From Flavobacteriales bacterium TMED96 (lineage in GTDB: Bacteria; Bacteroidota; Bacteroidia; Flavobacteriales; Flavobacteriaceae), in the NCBI GenBank assembly GCA_002171475.2, contig NHEX02000054.1, positions 5,535 through 69,534 of the forward strand: a stretch of DNA of 64,000 nucleotides, given 5' to 3'. Position numbers and translations under genes: made by a program. The notes below the pieces were generated by a model, which worked only from the letters and a program-made list of their open reading frames with translations, was not told the origin of the DNA and did not search any database. Shown here in pieces: positions 61,368-64,000 of this stretch; within the stretch, counting starts at the first letter, position 1, and each line of letters opens with the position of its first letter.

Positions 61368-62134
61368 TGATAGAAGTAACAAAACTCAGCAAAAAATTTG
61401 ACGATACTTATGTTCTAAAAGGAGTAAGTACCTATTTTGAAAAAGGAAAAACCAATTTGATAATTGGTCAAAGTGGGTCTGGAAAAACAGTTTTTTTAAA
61501 ATGTATTTTAGGACTTTTTAGTCCCGAAAGTGGAGAAATAATATATAACAACACTCCCCTTTCTAAAATGAACTCAAAGGAAAGAACGAAGCTTCGACAG
61601 GATATGGGTATGGTTTTTCAAGGTAGTGCTCTTTTTGATTCTATGAATGTAGAAGAAAATATCGCCTTCCCAATGAAAATGTTCACAAACACTCATATTG
61701 ATGAAATACGAGATAGAACTAATATTGTAATTAAAAGAGTAAATCTAATTAATGCAAATAATAAACTTCCTTCAGAAATTTCCGGTGGTATGAAAAAAAG
61801 AGTTGCAATTGCTAGAGCTATAATAATGTACCCCAACTATCTTTTTTGTGACGAACCCAATTCAGGTCTTGATCCAAACACTGCAATTTTAATTGATAAT
61901 TTAATTCAGGAAATTACTCAAGAGTACCAAATAACTACTGTTATAAATACTCACGACATGAATTCAGTTATGGAAATTGGAGAAAAAATCATTTTCCTAG
62001 AAAGTGGAGAAAAAAAGTGGGAAGGGACAAATAAAGAGATATTTAACACTGACAATAAATCTATATCTAATTTTGTTTACTCCTCTGAACTGTTCAAGAA
62101 AGTTAGAAAAATTTATGCTAAAGAAAATAAATAA
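61367..62134 (+). CDS. mlaF: MlaF-like ABC transporter ATP-binding protein
   Basis: The start ATG overlaps the mlaE TAA (TAATG). It has Walker A GQSGSGKT, the signature SGGMKKR and Walker B LFCDEP. Confidence 0.85.
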   Translation: MIEVTKLSKKFDDTYVLKGVSTYFEKGKTNLIIGQSGSGKTVFLKCILGLFSPESGEIIYNNTPLSKMNSKERTKLRQDMGMVFQGSALFDSMNVEENIAFPMKMFTNTHIDEIRDRTNIVIKRVNLINANNKLPSEISGGMKKRVAIARAIIMYPNYLFCDEPNSGLDPNTAILIDNLIQEITQEYQITTVINTHDMNSVMEIGEKIIFLESGEKKWEGTNKEIFNTDNKSISNFVYSSELFKKVRKIYAKENK

Positions 62135-62136
62135 AT

Positions 62137-63222
62137 TTAATTGAAATCATTACCAAATCTTTTAATTAAAATCTCTCTTAAATCTTGAATTGATTCAATT
62201 TTTTTTCTAGGTATAATCATTAACATTTCTTTATTGTTTACAATTATATGATCTTGTAAACTATCTAATATGATTATTTTTTTTTGATCAGAGAACATAA
62301 TATTACCATCAGAAGAATTTAAATAATTTTCTTTAAATCCAATATTTATATTTTTTTTAAGATTTTTTTTAGATAAGGTCTCGAATAATGACTCCCATGT
62401 TCCGAGATCGCTCCATTGAAAATCTGACTTTATAACATAAGTGTTTTGAGCTTTCTCTAAAATAGAATAGTCTATTGATAAGCTTTTAATTTTTGGGAAA
62501 ATAATTTTAAAAAAATGCATTTCTTCATCAGAGTCGAAGTTTCTCAAATTTGACTTAAATGTTTTAATTAAGTCTGGTTCAAAAATCTTAAATGCATTTA
62601 AAATAGACTCCGTGGACCAAATAAATATACCAGAATTCCAAAAATACATGTTAGATCTTAAAAACTTTTCAGCCAATTTCCTACCTGGTTTTTCAGTAAA
62701 TCTTAAAACCTTTTGAAATGATTCTCTTGTGTTTTTCACCTTAATGTATCCATAATTGGTGGATGGAAATTTTGGATTTATTCCAAAAGTTACTAGTCGA
62801 TCACTTTTAGAAACAGTAAATGCATGTTCTACATTTTTATAAAATTCATTTAATTTTTCAATATAATGGTCACTTGGTAGCACGATTACCTTCGACTTTT
62901 TGTTTATTTGGCTAATTTTTAAACAGGCATATAAAATTGAAGGGGCAGTATTTCGCTTTACTTGTTCACAGATCAAATTTTTCGAGTTTATTTCAGGAAT
63001 TTGTTTTAATACCAATTCTTTATATTTTTCATTCGTTGAAATAAAAATATTTTCAATCTGGATAATTTTTTGAATTCTAATAAATGTCTCTTGGATAAGT
63101 GTTTTTCCTGATCCTGTCAAATCAATAAATTGTTTCGGAAGAGATTCTTTGCTTGCAGGCCAAAAACGTGAACCCAAACCGCCAGCCAAAACAAGAGCAT
63201 AAAAATTTTTATCTTTTTTCAT
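62137..63222 (-). CDS. mannose-1-phosphate guanylyltransferase
   Basis: 361 aa with the nucleotidyltransferase motif LAGGLGSRFWPASKESLPKQF. There is no C-terminal cupin isomerase domain. Confidence 0.85.
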   Translation of the reverse strand: MKKDKNFYALVLAGGLGSRFWPASKESLPKQFIDLTGSGKTLIQETFIRIQKIIQIENIFISTNEKYKELVLKQIPEINSKNLICEQVKRNTAPSILYACLKISQINKKSKVIVLPSDHYIEKLNEFYKNVEHAFTVSKSDRLVTFGINPKFPSTNYGYIKVKNTRESFQKVLRFTEKPGRKLAEKFLRSNMYFWNSGIFIWSTESILNAFKIFEPDLIKTFKSNLRNFDSDEEMHFFKIIFPKIKSLSIDYSILEKAQNTYVIKSDFQWSDLGTWESLFETLSKKNLKKNINIGFKENYLNSSDGNIMFSDQKKIIILDSLQDHIIVNNKEMLMIIPRKKIESIQDLREILIKRFGNDFN

Positions 63223-63811
63223 TATTGTAGTCTAATACCAGAGTGTTTGGTTGAAAGAGATATAGTTTTCCATTAGAAACTTTTTCGCAAACATACCTCT
63301 TTCTTTTTTTACTAATCTTCTTGAAGATGTCTTTTTTTTTATACAAAAAAAATTGTCCCATTTCTAATTTGTCTATATAAAAGTAATCACTTGAAGTATC
63401 AAATTTACTTAGGGACATTGATAGTTCTAGGTCTAAATCTGTACTTGATTTTGGATTTTTTAGATATACTCTAAAAGCATCAAGTATGGACAAGGGGAAA
63501 ATTGACTCTAAGAGGAAAGGTTTGGATATTTCTTTAAATATTTTTTTCCATTCAATACCATGAGGACTAACTTTATTTCCGAATGCTTCAAAAACTAATT
63601 GGTGTGAAACTTCATGAAGCAGAGTAATTAAAAATCTAAATTTGTTTGAATCCTTATTCAAAGTAATTTTTTTAGACCCATTACTATATACTCTAAAGTC
63701 ACCTCTTTTAGTTTTTCTCTCCGAAACCACAATTAAATTTAATTTATGTTCATTTATTAGATCTCCAATATCTTCTTTGGCATTGGATGGAAGAAAACTC
63801 ATGAGAATCAT
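63209..63811 (-). CDS. SprT-like zinc metallopeptidase-domain protein
   Basis: 200 aa with an HExxH motif in LLHEVSHQLVF followed by HG. Confidence 0.7.
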   Translation of the reverse strand: MILMSFLPSNAKEDIGDLINEHKLNLIVVSERKTKRGDFRVYSNGSKKITLNKDSNKFRFLITLLHEVSHQLVFEAFGNKVSPHGIEWKKIFKEISKPFLLESIFPLSILDAFRVYLKNPKSSTDLDLELSMSLSKFDTSSDYFYIDKLEMGQFFLYKKKDIFKKISKKRKRYVCEKVSNGKLYLFQPNTLVLDYNNEKR

Positions 63812-63847
63812 AATACTCAGAATTTATTTAAAGTGAAAAAACTAGAT

Positions 63848-64000
63848 TCACAAAAGTACTTTTATTGGGTTTTCAATAAAATCCTTCAAAGTCTGTAAAA
63901 ATTTTGAACCAGATGCACCATCTATTGTTCTGTGATCACAGGCCAAAGTTAATTTCATCGTGTTTGAGACAACAATCTTATTTTTTTAACAACTGGTTTT
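63848..64000 (-). pseudogene. 2-oxo-acid dehydrogenase E2 acyltransferase, C-terminal fragment (5' end outside the window; frame break in an A7 run)
   Basis: Manual translation gives ...NKIVVSNTMKLTLACDHRTIDGASGSKFLQTLKDFIENPIKVLL*, with the stop at 63848-50. This contains the E2 catalytic DHR motif. Upstream of the run at 63981-63987 the sense continues in another frame (KPVVKK). Confidence 0.75.

Overview
This is a very AT-rich, gene-dense stretch of core chromosome from a Flavobacteriia-type Bacteroidota genome. Intergenic gaps are mostly under 150 nt and many start/stop codons overlap by 1-14 nt. The lineage call rests on four things: the Bacteroidota-style dcw order mraZ-rsmH-ftsL-ftsI-murE-mraY-murD-ftsW-murG-murC-ftsQ-ftsA-ftsZ-yqeY, a gldB-gldC pair next to nadE, a thrombospondin-repeat OmpA, and -33 TTG / -7 TAnnTTTG promoter boxes. 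Almost everything else is housekeeping:
- translation: hisS, rpsF-rpsR-rplI, rpmH, tRNA-Arg, rlmH, rlmN, queA, engB, obg
- replication: priA, dnaG
- nucleotide and amino-acid metabolism: purB, purK-purE, carB, adk, aroA, gcvP, nadE
- isoprenoid metabolism: idi, ispB
- envelope: mlaEF, a lytic transglycosylase, an S41 peptidase

I found no transposase, integrase, phage gene, CRISPR array, toxin-antitoxin pair or defence-like gene cluster. I cannot support a claim of a novel multi-gene system here.

The signals I consider worth a second look are:
1. Six reading-frame breaks, each inside a sense-strand poly(A) run. They affect btuB (twice), the essential murE, rlmN, a TPR gene and an E2 acyltransferase.
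2. A clear cobalamin riboswitch in front of btuB, with a small uncharacterised membrane protein immediately upstream of it.
3. A near-perfect 27-bp in-frame tandem repeat in the FtsZ linker.
4. GTGGTWAA direct repeats phased at 10 bp upstream of mraZ, a candidate MraZ operator.
5. A DnaG whose four zinc-ribbon ligands are all substituted.
6. A CarB that lacks the C-terminal allosteric domain.
7. A hairpin that pairs the tRNA-Arg T-arm with its own 3' trailer.

rpmH (52 aa) and the trxB and E2 fragments at the window edges are absent from the supplied ORF track and were recovered by manual translation.
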